Assembly (NCBI GenBank): GCA_963724765.1
Contig: CAVRVY010000003.1
Span: 736,001-800,000, forward strand
Length of the DNA stretch: 64,000 nucleotides
Direction: 5' to 3'
DNA from: an uncultured delta proteobacterium
GTDB taxonomy: Bacteria > Desulfobacterota > Binatia > Binatales > Binataceae
Part shown: positions 1-9,177 of the stretch, piece by piece
How the letters are laid out: each line of letters opens with the position of its first letter
Numbering within the stretch: position 1 is the first letter of the stretch
Position numbers and translations under genes: made by a program
Notes under the pieces: generated by a model
Seen by the model: only the letters and a program-made list of their open reading frames with translations
The model's database searches: none
Told to the model about the DNA's origin: nothing

Positions 1-60
1 ATTAAGCACCGGCCGTATGCCGTCATCCTGAACGAGATGAAAAAGCCGCGCGCCGGATGA
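1..60 (+). CDS. 3' end of an upstream gene, truncated by the window (IKHRPYAVILNEMKKPRAG*)
   Basis: Frame 1 is open from base 1 to TGA at 58-60, just before the next gene. Confidence 0.45.
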   Translation: MKHRPYAVILNEMKKPRAG

Positions 61-75
61 TAGGTTAGAGCCTGC

Positions 76-1038
76 GTGCAGCCGCTGCTGGAAGTCAAAG
101 ATCTGCGAACCTCGTTCTTCACCGATGCGGGCGAGGTGCGCGCCGTCGACCGTGTAAGCTTCGCGGTTGAGCCGGGCAAGCTGATGGGCCTGGTGGGAGA
201 GTCTGGGTCGGGCAAGACGGCGAGCGTGCTCTCGGTGATGCGGCTGTTGCCCGAGCGCGCGCGCGTGATGGGCGGCGCGGTGCTGTTCGAGGGACGCGAC
301 CTGCTGAAGCTGAGCGAGCCCGAGATGCGCGCGGTGCGGGGCGCGAAGATCGCGATGATTTTTCAGGAGCCGATGACTTCGCTCAACCCGGTTTTCACGA
401 TCGGCAGCCAGATCGGCGAAGCCGTGCGGCTGCATCAGCATACTGCGCGGCGCGCAACGCTCGAACGCACGATCGAGGCGCTGCGCCTGGTCGGAATCGC
501 CGATCCCGAACGCCGCGTTAACGACTATCCGCATCAACTCTCGGGCGGGATGCGCCAGCGGGTGATGATCGCGATGGCGCTCGCGTGCGAGCCGAAATTG
601 CTGATTGCCGACGAGCCGACCACCGCTCTCGACGTCACGATCCAGGCGCAGATCCTCGACCTGATTCGCGAGCTTCAGATGCGCCTTAAGCTGGCGGTAA
701 TTCTCGTCACGCACGACCTCGGAGTGGTCGCCCAATACGCCGACGACGTGACCATCCTATACGCCGCGCGGGTGATGGAGCAGGCGCCTACGGCGGAGCT
801 GTTTCGCAATCCGCTTAACCCCTACACGCGCGGCCTGCTCGAATCGATTCCCGGTGCCGGCGGCCATCGTCATCATCGCCTGCGCGCGATCGCGGGCAGC
901 ATCCCCAACGCGCTCCATCCGCCGTCCGGATGCCGGTTTCATCCGCGCTGCCCGATGGCGATCGACGAGTGCGCGCGCGTCGATCCGCCGCTTGTGCCCA
1001 AGGCCTCGCAACACCTGGTCGCCTGCATCCGTGTCTAA
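76..1038 (+). CDS. Oligopeptide/dipeptide ABC transporter ATP-binding subunit (OppD/DppD-like)
   Basis: Walker [14 protein letters not shown] signature, [12 protein letters not shown]-terminal GCRFHPRC. Confidence 0.95.
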   Translation: MQPLLEVKDLRTSFFTDAGEVRAVDRVSFAVEPGKLMGLVGESGSGKTASVLSVMRLLPERARVMGGAVLFEGRDLLKLSEPEMRAVRGAKIAMIFQEPMTSLNPVFTIGSQIGEAVRLHQHTARRATLERTIEALRLVGIADPERRVNDYPHQLSGGMRQRVMIAMALACEPKLLIADEPTTALDVTIQAQILDLIRELQMRLKLAVILVTHDLGVVAQYADDVTILYAARVMEQAPTAELFRNPLNPYTRGLLESIPGAGGHRHHRLRAIAGSIPNALHPPSGCRFHPRCPMAIDECARVDPPLVPKASQHLVACIRV

Positions 1039-2059
1039 TCCGACACCCGCTGAAGACCGCGTCATCGCCGCCGCGCCCGCGGCGCACGGCGCGCTGGTGA
1101 GAACCGAGGGCCTCAGCAAGGAATTTCCCGCCGGCTCGCTCGACCTGCTCGGCCGCAAGCGGTTGGTCGTGCATGCGGTAGACGGCGTCGACCTTGCGAT
1201 AATGCCCGGCGAGACCCTGGGACTGGTGGGCGAATCGGGCTCGGGCAAGTCGACCTTAGGACGGCTGGTGCTGAAGCTGCTCGAACCGACGGCCGGGCGC
1301 GTGTTCTTTGAAGGTCGCGACCTGACGGATTTTTCGCGCCGTGAGCTGCGCGCGCTGCGCCGCCAGATGCAACTCGTCTTCCAGGACCCCTACGCGTCGC
1401 TCAACCCGCGCATGCGGGTGCGCTCGATAGTCGGTGAAGGAATCGAGATTCACAAGCTCGCGCGCGGCCGCGAGAAGGAGGAGCGGATCGTCAGCCTGCT
1501 CGAGATGGTGGGGATGGGCGCCGACGCGCTCGAGCGCTATCCGCACGAGTTTTCCGGCGGCCAGCGCCAGCGGATCGGAATCGCCCGCGCGCTCGCCGTG
1601 AACCCGCGCTTCCTGGTGCTCGACGAGCCGGTCTCCGCGCTCGACGTCTCGATCCAGGCGCAGATCATCAACCTGCTGCAGGACCTGCAGGAGCGGCTCC
1701 ATCTCACCTACCTCTTCATCGCGCACGACCTCCGCGTGGTCGAGCACATCAGCCAGCGCACCGCGATCATGTACCTGGGCAAAATCGTGGAGCTGGCCGA
1801 TCGCGACGAAATATACGCCAATCCGCGCCATCCCTACACGCGCGCGTTACTCTCGGCGATCCCGTCGCTGCACGGCGCCGCCGTCGGCGAGCGGATCAAG
1901 CTGCCGGGCGAGATGCCGAGCCCGCTCCACCCGCCGTCTGGCTGTAGCTTCCATCCGCGATGCCCTTATGCGAAAGATATCTGCCGGACCGCTGAGCCGC
2001 GGCTCGAGACAGGCCGGGGCGGGCATGCGGTCGCCTGCCACGTTTTTCCCGCGCCGTAG
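1031..2059 (+). CDS. Oligopeptide/dipeptide ABC transporter ATP-binding subunit (OppF/DppF-like)
   Basis: [34 protein letters not shown]; in-frame GTG at 1031 overlaps the previous stop. Confidence 0.93.
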   Translation: MSNPTPAEDRVIAAAPAAHGALVRTEGLSKEFPAGSLDLLGRKRLVVHAVDGVDLAIMPGETLGLVGESGSGKSTLGRLVLKLLEPTAGRVFFEGRDLTDFSRRELRALRRQMQLVFQDPYASLNPRMRVRSIVGEGIEIHKLARGREKEERIVSLLEMVGMGADALERYPHEFSGGQRQRIGIARALAVNPRFLVLDEPVSALDVSIQAQIINLLQDLQERLHLTYLFIAHDLRVVEHISQRTAIMYLGKIVELADRDEIYANPRHPYTRALLSAIPSLHGAAVGERIKLPGEMPSPLHPPSGCSFHPRCPYAKDICRTAEPRLETGRGGHAVACHVFPAP

Positions 2060-2079
2060 GTGCGGATTCGTGTCGGCTG

Positions 2080-2529
2080 ATGGCCAAGTTGAGTACCTCG
2101 GATTACACTCGCGCCGGCGCCGACATGCCGGACTTCGCCGCCGCGCAGCCGACGACCGCGATACCCCCGATGCCCGGTTCGTCCTGGGTCGAGGAACGTA
2201 CGCGGGTCGCGGTCGCACGCAACATCAACGTCTCGGGACGGCTCGTATTCCAGGAGGCGGTGCGAATCGAGGGTAATTTTCGCGGCGAGGTCACCTCCAG
2301 CGAGATGGTGGTGATTTCCGACCACGGCTCCATCGAGGGCCGCGTACGCACCCCGCGCCTGCTGGTGCTGGGCGAACTGCGCGGCGATATCACCGACACG
2401 CGCCTGGTCGTGCTCGGTCCGCGAGCGCGGGTTTTCGGACGAATCGAGACCGACAGCCTGCGCGTGTGCGAAGGCGCGCAGCTGGAGGGCGATGTGCGAG
2501 TGCCGTGCGCCGGCGCGGCATCGCGCTGA
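2080..2529 (+). CDS. Bactofilin / polymer-forming cytoskeletal protein
   Basis: Repeated (I/V)xGx(I/V) strands: VRIEGNFRGEV, GSIEGRV, GELRGDI, ARVFGRI, EGAQLEGDV. Confidence 0.85.
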   Translation: MAKLSTSDYTRAGADMPDFAAAQPTTAIPPMPGSSWVEERTRVAVARNINVSGRLVFQEAVRIEGNFRGEVTSSEMVVISDHGSIEGRVRTPRLLVLGELRGDITDTRLVVLGPRARVFGRIETDSLRVCEGAQLEGDVRVPCAGAASR

Positions 2530-2664
2530 ACTGCGGCAACGGCCACGCATCTGTGAAAAAGGCGCCGCAGCGATCCGCTCCGGCGCGGTTCATTCTATAT
2601 CGGAACGGTGAAGCTCATATCGGGACGGTAGAGCTAGTATCGGCGCTGCGGACTGTCGTGGGCT

Positions 2665-3006
2665 TCAGGCCGAGGCGACGCGGGCGGCCTTGCCGGAAAG
2701 GTCGCGCAGGTAGTACAGCCGCGCGCGGCGCACGCGGCCATGGCTCAGCACTTGGATCTTTTCGAGCCGCGGCGAATGCAGCGGAAAGATGCGCTCGACG
2801 CCGATTCCGTAGGAGACCTTGCGCACAGTGAAGGTCGCGCGATTGCCCCCGCGGTTCATCTTGATGACGATACCCTCGAAGGACTGGATGCGCTCTTTTT
2901 CGCCCTCGACCACTTTGACCTGCAGGCGCAGCGTGTCGCCGACGCGGAAGACGGGAAGGTCCTTGCGCAGTTCGCGATCTTCGAGTTTCTGGATGGTTGA
3001 ATTCAT
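2665..3006 (-). CDS. rplS: 50S ribosomal protein L19
   Basis: [47 protein letters not shown]; ATG at 3006. Confidence 0.97.
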   Translation of the reverse strand: MNSTIQKLEDRELRKDLPVFRVGDTLRLQVKVVEGEKERIQSFEGIVIKMNRGGNRATFTVRKVSYGIGVERIFPLHSPRLEKIQVLSHGRVRRARLYYLRDLSGKAARVASA

Positions 3007-3038
3007 GGGAGATCGGTTTCCTTGAAGTTGAGCAGCCA

Positions 3039-3067
3039 AGCTTACCGTAACGGCCGCCGTGACTCAA
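3039..3067 (-). promoter_or_regulatory. Putative sigma70 promoter for rplS
   Basis: Minus strand TTGAGT-17 nt-TAAGCT, about 33 nt upstream of the ATG. Confidence 0.5.
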
Positions 3068-3367
3068 TGTCAGGGACAGCGCCGCTTTTGCATCGCGGCG
3101 CATATGGGAACCCGAGCCAAGAACGCTACAATTAGCCTCCGGTCGAATCTTTGGAGTTCGTTTTGACCTGATATTTGACTGGCCGTCCCCGATTACGCTC
3201 CGCCTGGTAACCGCTCCTGATTAGTATGGTCGCTGACGTCTCGGCGATGGCCGCCTTCACCTCCGTGCAGTTACCAGGGCGGAACCCGACACGTTTTTGC
3301 CGAAGGCAGGACATTGCTGGGATACGCAAAGTCACATCGCTCACCCTCCGCTGGATTTTCCGGCGCG

Positions 3368-4393
3368 ATGCCGCGGTCGCCGCGCCAGCGTATTCCGGTT
3401 CTGTTGGCCTCGATCGTCTCGATCGCGATTACCGCACCGGGACAGGCGCGCGCGATGAACGCCTGCGCCAATCCGATCACCGCCTGTCCGTGTGCGATCC
3501 GGTCGGCGGGAGACTACACCATCTCCGGCCCCGGCCTGGTCGCGGATCCCCCCGGTGATTGCATCCACGTCAACGTGCCCGGCGTTACGCTTGACCTGGC
3601 GAACACGATCATCTCTTCGTCCCCATCCAGCGCTTCCGACGTCGGTGTACACGTGCTGGCGAATGCGGTAGGCGCGGTCGTGACAGGAACGTTGAATGCG
3701 CCGGCGACGGTTACGGGGTTTACCACCGGAATCGAAATCGACGCGCCGAGCGTGACGCTGGAGAACCTGGTCGCGCAAAGCAACGCCGTCGGGATCCAGA
3801 TTAACGGCGGATCGGCCTACGGCAGCGCGCTCGCCGTGCATGACAGTTCGCGCACCGGCATCCTGGTAAACGGTCCTGCCCCGGGCCCTTACCTCAACGG
3901 CGTCAGCGTGGATAGCACGCTGGGCTTTGCGGGTATCGAACTCAATGGTGTACGCGGGGCGTTTCTCACTAATCTGACGGTTACCGGCAGCGCGACCTAC
4001 GGTGTGTGGCTGCTGGCATCATCGCGCAACGTGATCGCCAATTTCAGTGTCTCGCGCAACACCGAGGCCGGAATATACCTTGGATGTTTTCGCAGCAGCG
4101 GACTGTTGGGCAAGCTCTGCACGACGGTACCGCCGACGCCGCCGAGCAACGGCAATATTCTGGCTTCGGTGGGCGATCCCAGCAGCGCCAACGGGCCGAG
4201 CCAGCCCGAGCAGGCTTATGGAGTGGCGATCGCGGACGGCAACGTGGGCAACCGCATCGTCGGCATCGCAGGCTCGGGTAATGGCAACGGCAGCTTTGGG
4301 GCCGACGCGATCGACGGCAACCCCGGTTGCGGGACCAATCTATGGACCGGAAACGAGTTCACGATTTCAAACCCGTCCACCTGCATCCATTAG
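3368..4393 (+). CDS. Secreted right-handed parallel beta-helix (pectin-lyase-like fold) protein
   Basis: Signal peptide ending ARA, ITACPCAI..GDY start, repeated N..GI motifs, paired Cys; start could be 3314 or 3368. Confidence 0.7.
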   Translation: MPRSPRQRIPVLLASIVSIAITAPGQARAMNACANPITACPCAIRSAGDYTISGPGLVADPPGDCIHVNVPGVTLDLANTIISSSPSSASDVGVHVLANAVGAVVTGTLNAPATVTGFTTGIEIDAPSVTLENLVAQSNAVGIQINGGSAYGSALAVHDSSRTGILVNGPAPGPYLNGVSVDSTLGFAGIELNGVRGAFLTNLTVTGSATYGVWLLASSRNVIANFSVSRNTEAGIYLGCFRSSGLLGKLCTTVPPTPPSNGNILASVGDPSSANGPSQPEQAYGVAIADGNVGNRIVGIAGSGNGNGSFGADAIDGNPGCGTNLWTGNEFTISNPSTCIH

Positions 4394-4508
4394 AACCGAC
4401 AACCGCCCTCAGACACCGTCGGCTTCTATGCCGCTACATCGTCCAGCGCGCACCTGAGGATTTAAGACAGGAGGCTGCGCTGCCGAGCCGTGTTTGATTC
4501 GCGCGCGA

Positions 4509-4796
4509 CTAGTTGGCGGACTTGGTCGACGACTTCTCGGTGGTCGTGCTGCTGCCTGTTCCAGGCACGTCGTTCGCGGTGGTCGTGGTCGTGGACTTCT
4601 CGGATTTTTCAGACATCGCCGGGTTGGCGGGTGCGGTCTCACCTTGAGCTCCGGTGGCCCCGGTCGCTCCGCTGGCTCCTGTAGCACCAGTCGGCCCCTG
4701 GACGGTTTCCTTGCATCCGATAGCGGCGGTGCCCATCAGCAGTGCAAGAGCCCCGATAGCGGCGTAGCTGGCGACAGTTGTTAGAATATTTTTCAT
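4509..4796 (-). CDS. Small lipoprotein with a collagen-like (G-X-Y)7 tract and Ser/Thr-rich tail
   Basis: Signal peptide with lipobox AIG-C, then GPT GAT GAS GAT GAT GAQ GET. Confidence 0.7.
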   Translation of the reverse strand: MKNILTTVASYAAIGALALLMGTAAIGCKETVQGPTGATGASGATGATGAQGETAPANPAMSEKSEKSTTTTTANDVPGTGSSTTTEKSSTKSAN

Positions 4797-4917
4797 AGCT
4801 ATACGGTATCAGGATTGGTCAGCCACAATGCCTTGCGGATCGGCCGTTCTTGGTTATTCAGATAACCAAATGGCCGCGCAGCATTTGCAACGCTGCGCTT
4901 ATTTTCGAGACCTGACG

Positions 4918-5139
4918 CTAGCCGGGATTCGAGGTTGACAGCCGGGCCGTCTCGCGGATCCGGCGGCGGCGGTTTAGCAGCAGCCCGCTTACCAGCACCG
5001 TCGTTCCGATCATCGAGACCAGCACGCCGAGCGGCGCGCCCACCGTAGCCGGCGCGCTGGCCGAGCTTATCACCAGGTCGGTCCCGAACGTCAGCAGGAT
5101 CGCGCCAATCACTATCATCAGGTCGGCTGCCAGGCTCAT
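4918..5139 (-). CDS. Small two-TM membrane protein
   Basis: Two hydrophobic helices then RRRRR; ATGA overlap with the upstream methyltransferase. Confidence 0.6.
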   Translation of the reverse strand: MSLAADLMIVIGAILLTFGTDLVISSASAPATVGAPLGVLVSMIGTTVLVSGLLLNRRRRIRETARLSTSNPG

Positions 5140-5732
5140 CGTTCGTTTCGCTCCCGCGATTTCTTCCGCGCTTTACTCACGCCGCGCAGGCGGTCGAGAA
5201 TGATGCTCGCGGCCGCGCGCACCGAAAGATGATTGTAATCTCCCGCGCCGCGAATCGCCTCCAGCGCGAGGTCGGCGCGCGCGCGCGCTGCCGGCGCGAG
5301 CCCGAAGCCGGTGCCGAGCAGGATCAGGACCGGCGCGGCATCTTCAGCCGCCATCCGCTCGCGCATCGCGGCGAAGCTTACGCCCTTCGCTTCGCGGGCC
5401 GAGGTGTGAACGATCGCTGGCCGCCGGCCCGCAGCACGTTCGGCCGCGGCCATCGCCGCGTCAAGGTCGGTCACGACTTCGATCAGATCGAGTGCTTCGA
5501 CCCGGCGCGAGTCGAAGCTGCGGCCGTGGCCGATATGCCAGTGGTCGATCACGCTGCGCGCGAACTCGCGCTGCTCGGGAACCGGATGAACCACGTAGAG
5601 CGCGCGCACCCCGTAGGTGCGCGAGGAGCGGGCGATATCGTGGAGGTCGAGCGAGGTGATGGCCGAGGTGATGATGCGGCCGTTGCGGTCGAGCACGGGA
5701 TGATGGAGAAGAGCGAGAAAAATTTCAGCCAA
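5136..5732 (-). CDS. SPOUT-class RNA methyltransferase of the family found next to or fused with TrmD
   Basis: LALLHHPV..G..ITSAITSLDLHDIARSSRTYG, LLGTGFGL, YNHLSVRAAASIILDRL; TTG at 5732. Confidence 0.85.
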   Translation of the reverse strand: MAEIFLALLHHPVLDRNGRIITSAITSLDLHDIARSSRTYGVRALYVVHPVPEQREFARSVIDHWHIGHGRSFDSRRVEALDLIEVVTDLDAAMAAAERAAGRRPAIVHTSAREAKGVSFAAMRERMAAEDAAPVLILLGTGFGLAPAARARADLALEAIRGAGDYNHLSVRAAASIILDRLRGVSKARKKSRERNER

Positions 5733-5749
5733 GGTGTGCGCCAGATGAG

Positions 5750-6436
5750 TCAGGGACGGCGCCGCTTGAGCAGGTCGGGGCGCCGGCGCGCGGTGCGCTT
5801 GAGCGCTTCGGCCTTGCGCCACTCGTGGATTTTCTTATGGTCGCCGCTCAGCAGCACCTCGGGCACGCGTATCCCGCGAAACTCCTCGGGGCGCGTATAG
5901 TGCGGATACTCGAGCAGGCCGTCGGCAAACGATTCCTCATTGAGCGATTCGGGATTGCCGAGCACGCCCGGCACCAGCCGCGCGACCGCCTCGATCAGCA
6001 CCATCGCGGGCAACTCGCCGCCACTGAGGACGAAATCGCCGATCGAGATCTCCTGATCGACCGCGCTGCGCACGCGCTCGTCGATGCCCTCGTAGCGGCC
6101 CGTGACCAGCAGCAGCCCCGGCCGCCGCCCGCTTAGTTCGCGTACCATCGACTGGTCGAGCGGTTCGCCCTGCGGCGTCAGCAGCACGCGCCACAATCCC
6201 GGATGCGAAGTAATGGCGCTTTCGATCGCGGCGAACAGCGGCTCCGGCCGCAGCACCATCCCGCTGCCGCCGCCGTACGGCGTGTCGTCGACCTGGCGGT
6301 AATTGCCGAGCCCATGCTCGCGCAGTGCGTGCGCCTCGATCCTGACCAAGCCCGCCTTGAGCGCGCGCCCGACCATCCCCGGCCAGTTGGCGGGGACGAA
6401 CAGTTCGGGGAAAAGCGTGATTACGTGAAATTCCAT
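5750..6436 (-). CDS. trmD: tRNA (guanine-37-N1)-methyltransferase
   Basis: ITLFPE, DDTPYGGGSGM, GRYEGIDER, SIGDFVLSGGE, LLEYPHYTRP. Confidence 0.97.
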   Translation of the reverse strand: MEFHVITLFPELFVPANWPGMVGRALKAGLVRIEAHALREHGLGNYRQVDDTPYGGGSGMVLRPEPLFAAIESAITSHPGLWRVLLTPQGEPLDQSMVRELSGRRPGLLLVTGRYEGIDERVRSAVDQEISIGDFVLSGGELPAMVLIEAVARLVPGVLGNPESLNEESFADGLLEYPHYTRPEEFRGIRVPEVLLSGDHKKIHEWRKAEALKRTARRRPDLLKRRRP

Positions 6437-6459
6437 CGTTGGCGAATCCGGCGACGAGC

Positions 6460-7059
6460 CTAGTCCAGCAGGCCCGGCACCGCTTCGATCGTAACCCGCC
6501 GCGCCCCGAGGTCCATCGTCTTGACCACGTCGCTGATGACCGGCACCAGCACCTCGCGCTCGCCGTCGCGCACCACCCATACGTCGTGCGCGCCGGTGGA
6601 CATGATGTCCTCGATAATGCCAAGACGCCGCCCGTCAGTCAGCATCACTTCCGCGCCGGCGAGTTGGAAGTAATAAAATTCGCCTTCCCCAAGTGGGGGC
6701 AGGTCGGCCGCTGCGACCATCACGGCGCCTCCGCGGAGCGCCTCGGCCGCGTCGGCGTCGCCGATACCCTCTAGCATGACCCTCTGATTGCCGGCGCTGA
6801 CCGCGCTCGCGCCCAGGACTTTGAATTCGCGTCGGCCGGCTGCGGTCTCGACGAACAGACGCTGTAGCGCGGAAAGCGTGGTCGAGCCGGGGTCGTCGGT
6901 GCGCACGCGGAGCGCGCCATGGAGCCCATGGCTGCCGGCGACGTAGCCGATACGCAAGAGGCCGTCGGCAGTTTGCCCGATGAGCGAACGCCGCGCCGCA
7001 CCCGCCACCGCCGTCGTCGGACGCCTGTCGTTCAGCGGGCGCGCGCGGCGATTGGCCAT
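6460..7059 (-). CDS. rimM: 16S rRNA processing protein RimM
   Basis: IGYVAGSHGLHG, LPPLGEGEFY, TGAHDVWV; operon position. Confidence 0.92.
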   Translation of the reverse strand: MANRRARPLNDRRPTTAVAGAARRSLIGQTADGLLRIGYVAGSHGLHGALRVRTDDPGSTTLSALQRLFVETAAGRREFKVLGASAVSAGNQRVMLEGIGDADAAEALRGGAVMVAAADLPPLGEGEFYYFQLAGAEVMLTDGRRLGIIEDIMSTGAHDVWVVRDGEREVLVPVISDVVKTMDLGARRVTIEAVPGLLD

Positions 7060-7089
7060 TCGATCGTAACTTGGGGGCTACGTGGGCGG

Positions 7090-7326
7090 CTACTTATCTT
7101 CGATGATTTCGAGGACAACCTTACGATTGGTCCGCGAGGCGACCGCGTTAAGAATCGTGCGGATCGATTTGGCGGTGCGCCCCTGCTTGCCGATCACCCG
7201 GCCCAGATCCTCTTTCGCCACCCGCAGCTCAAGCACCGAGGCAGTATCGCCCTGGGTCTCCTTTACTTCGACCGCGTCAGGATTGTTGACCAACTGCTGC
7301 GCCAGGAACTGTACGAGCTCCTTCAT
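7090..7326 (-). CDS. khpA: KH-domain RNA-binding protein
   Basis: DLGRVIGKQGRTAKSIRTIL; lies between rpsP and rimM. Confidence 0.92.
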   Translation of the reverse strand: MKELVQFLAQQLVNNPDAVEVKETQGDTASVLELRVAKEDLGRVIGKQGRTAKSIRTILNAVASRTNRKVVLEIIEDK

Positions 7327-7350
7327 GGCTGGCTCCTAGACCGGGTGTGG

Positions 7351-7596
7351 TTAGGTAGTGGTGGTTACCTGCAACATGAGTTTCCTTACCGTCGCGGAGG
7401 GCAAAGCGCCAGAGCCGATCCATCGCTCGGCCTGGTCCTTTTGCAACTGGACCTTCGGCGGATCGAAGGACGGGTCATAGGTCCCGATCTGTGCAACACA
7501 ACGGCCGTCACGCGGCGAGCGGCTATCGGCAACCACGATACGATAGAAGGGTCTTTTGCGGCTGCCATGACGGCGCAAACGGATCACAAGTCCCAT
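7351..7596 (-). CDS. rpsP: 30S ribosomal protein S16
   Basis: [32 protein letters not shown]. Confidence 0.97.
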   Translation of the reverse strand: MGLVIRLRRHGSRKRPFYRIVVADSRSPRDGRCVAQIGTYDPSFDPPKVQLQKDQAERWIGSGALPSATVRKLMLQVTTTT

Positions 7597-7622
7597 AAAC
7601 GATAACTCTCCCTGGCGCTATT

Positions 7623-8960
7623 CTAGCTCCCAAGACCCAGGCCGCGCATCATGCCCCGGCCTGAGCCACTGGTGAACTTTTTCATCATTTTGCGGGTCTG
7701 CTCGAACTGTTTCACGAAGCGGTTGACCTCCTGGACCGAGGTTCCGCTGCCGGACGCGATGCGCGCGCGGCGCCGTCCGTTCAGCACCAGGTGGTTATTG
7801 CGCTCCTGCACGGTCATCGAGTCGATGATCGCCTGGATCCGCACCAGCTCGCGCTTGGCCTCTTCGGAGTCGGCCTGGCCAGCGATCTTTTTGAGTCCCG
7901 GAATCATCCCCAACAGATCGCCCAGCGATCCCATCTTGCGCAGCGTCCGCAACTGCTCGGCGAAGTCGGTAATCGTGAATTCGTTTTTTTTGAACTTACG
8001 CTCGAGTTCCTTGGCCTTGGTCTGGTCGTAGCTCTGCTGCGCCTTTTCGATCAGGGTGAGCACGTCGCCCATCCCCAGGATACGCGAGGCCAGGCGGTCG
8101 GGATGGAAAATCTCGAGCGCCGCGAGCTTCTCGCCGGTCCCGGCGAACAGGATCGGCGCGCCGGTGACCGCGCGCACGGAGAGCGCCGCGCCGCCGCGCG
8201 CGTCACTGTCGAGCTTGGTCAGGACCAGGCCCGAAATCTTTAGCCGATCATGAAAGCCCTGCGCCACGTTGACCGCGTCCTGACCGGTCATCGCGTCAGC
8301 CACCAGCAGGATATGATGGGGCAGCACGGCGGCGCGCAGGCGTCCCAGCTCGTCCATCAATTCCTCGTCGATCTGCAACCGTCCAGCGGTGTCGAAGATG
8401 ATCGCGTCGTAGCCGGCGGTCTCGGCGCGCGCCAGCGCGCGGCTGCCGATCTCGATCGGGTCCTCGGTCTCGCGCGTCTCCAGCACCGGCACGCCGACTT
8501 GCGCGCCGAGCACGCGCAACTGTTCCATCGCGGCCGGCCGCCGCACGTCGGTCGAGACCAGCAGCGGATGCCGCTTGCGTTCCTCTTTGAGAAACCGCGC
8601 CAGTTTTGCCGCCGAAGTGGTTTTGCCCGAGCCCTGCAGCCCAACCAGCATGATCTTGACGGGCGGCTTGACCTTGAGGTCCAGCTCGCGCGCGCTGCCG
8701 CCCATCATTTCGCGCAGCTCGATCGCAACGAAGCGGATGAAGTGCTGCTCGGGCGTCAGAGAAGCGAGTACCTCCTGGCCAAGCGCTTTGCGCTTGACGT
8801 GCTCGATAAAGTCGCGGACGACCCGGATATTGACGTCGGCCTCGAGCAGCGCGAGCCGGACCTCGCGCAGCGCTTCTTCGATATTGCGCTCGCTGACCCG
8901 GCCCTGCCCCTTGAGTCTTTTGAAGACGCCTTCGAGGCGATCGCTTAGCGTGTCAAACAT
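7623..8960 (-). CDS. ffh: Signal recognition particle protein
   Basis: GLQGSGKTT, DTAGR, TKLDSDARGG, FHPDRLASRILGMGD, M-domain RRARIASGSG. Confidence 0.98.
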   Translation of the reverse strand: MFDTLSDRLEGVFKRLKGQGRVSERNIEEALREVRLALLEADVNIRVVRDFIEHVKRKALGQEVLASLTPEQHFIRFVAIELREMMGGSARELDLKVKPPVKIMLVGLQGSGKTTSAAKLARFLKEERKRHPLLVSTDVRRPAAMEQLRVLGAQVGVPVLETRETEDPIEIGSRALARAETAGYDAIIFDTAGRLQIDEELMDELGRLRAAVLPHHILLVADAMTGQDAVNVAQGFHDRLKISGLVLTKLDSDARGGAALSVRAVTGAPILFAGTGEKLAALEIFHPDRLASRILGMGDVLTLIEKAQQSYDQTKAKELERKFKKNEFTITDFAEQLRTLRKMGSLGDLLGMIPGLKKIAGQADSEEAKRELVRIQAIIDSMTVQERNNHLVLNGRRRARIASGSGTSVQEVNRFVKQFEQTRKMMKKFTSGSGRGMMRGLGLGS

Positions 8961-9025
8961 GGAGGAGGATGATGAGGTCCCGTCGGCGGAATTGATTTTG
9001 TGGTGATTACGCGGCCCAACAAAGA

Positions 9026-9054
9026 AACTTAAGCCACCGTCCGAGTCAAGTCAA
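9026..9054 (-). promoter_or_regulatory. Putative sigma70 promoter for the ffh-rpsP-khpA-rimM-trmD operon
   Basis: Minus strand TTGACT-17 nt-TAAGTT. Confidence 0.55.
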
Positions 9055-9177
9055 CAAAAGCGCCAAAAACGCACCTTCGCGTGGCCTTCGATGCGGACGG
9101 AGGCGGGAACGGCGCACAGGGACGGCAATCGACCTCGCCGCCTCTGCGCCGTTAGCGCGATCTGGCTGGCGAGCGGC

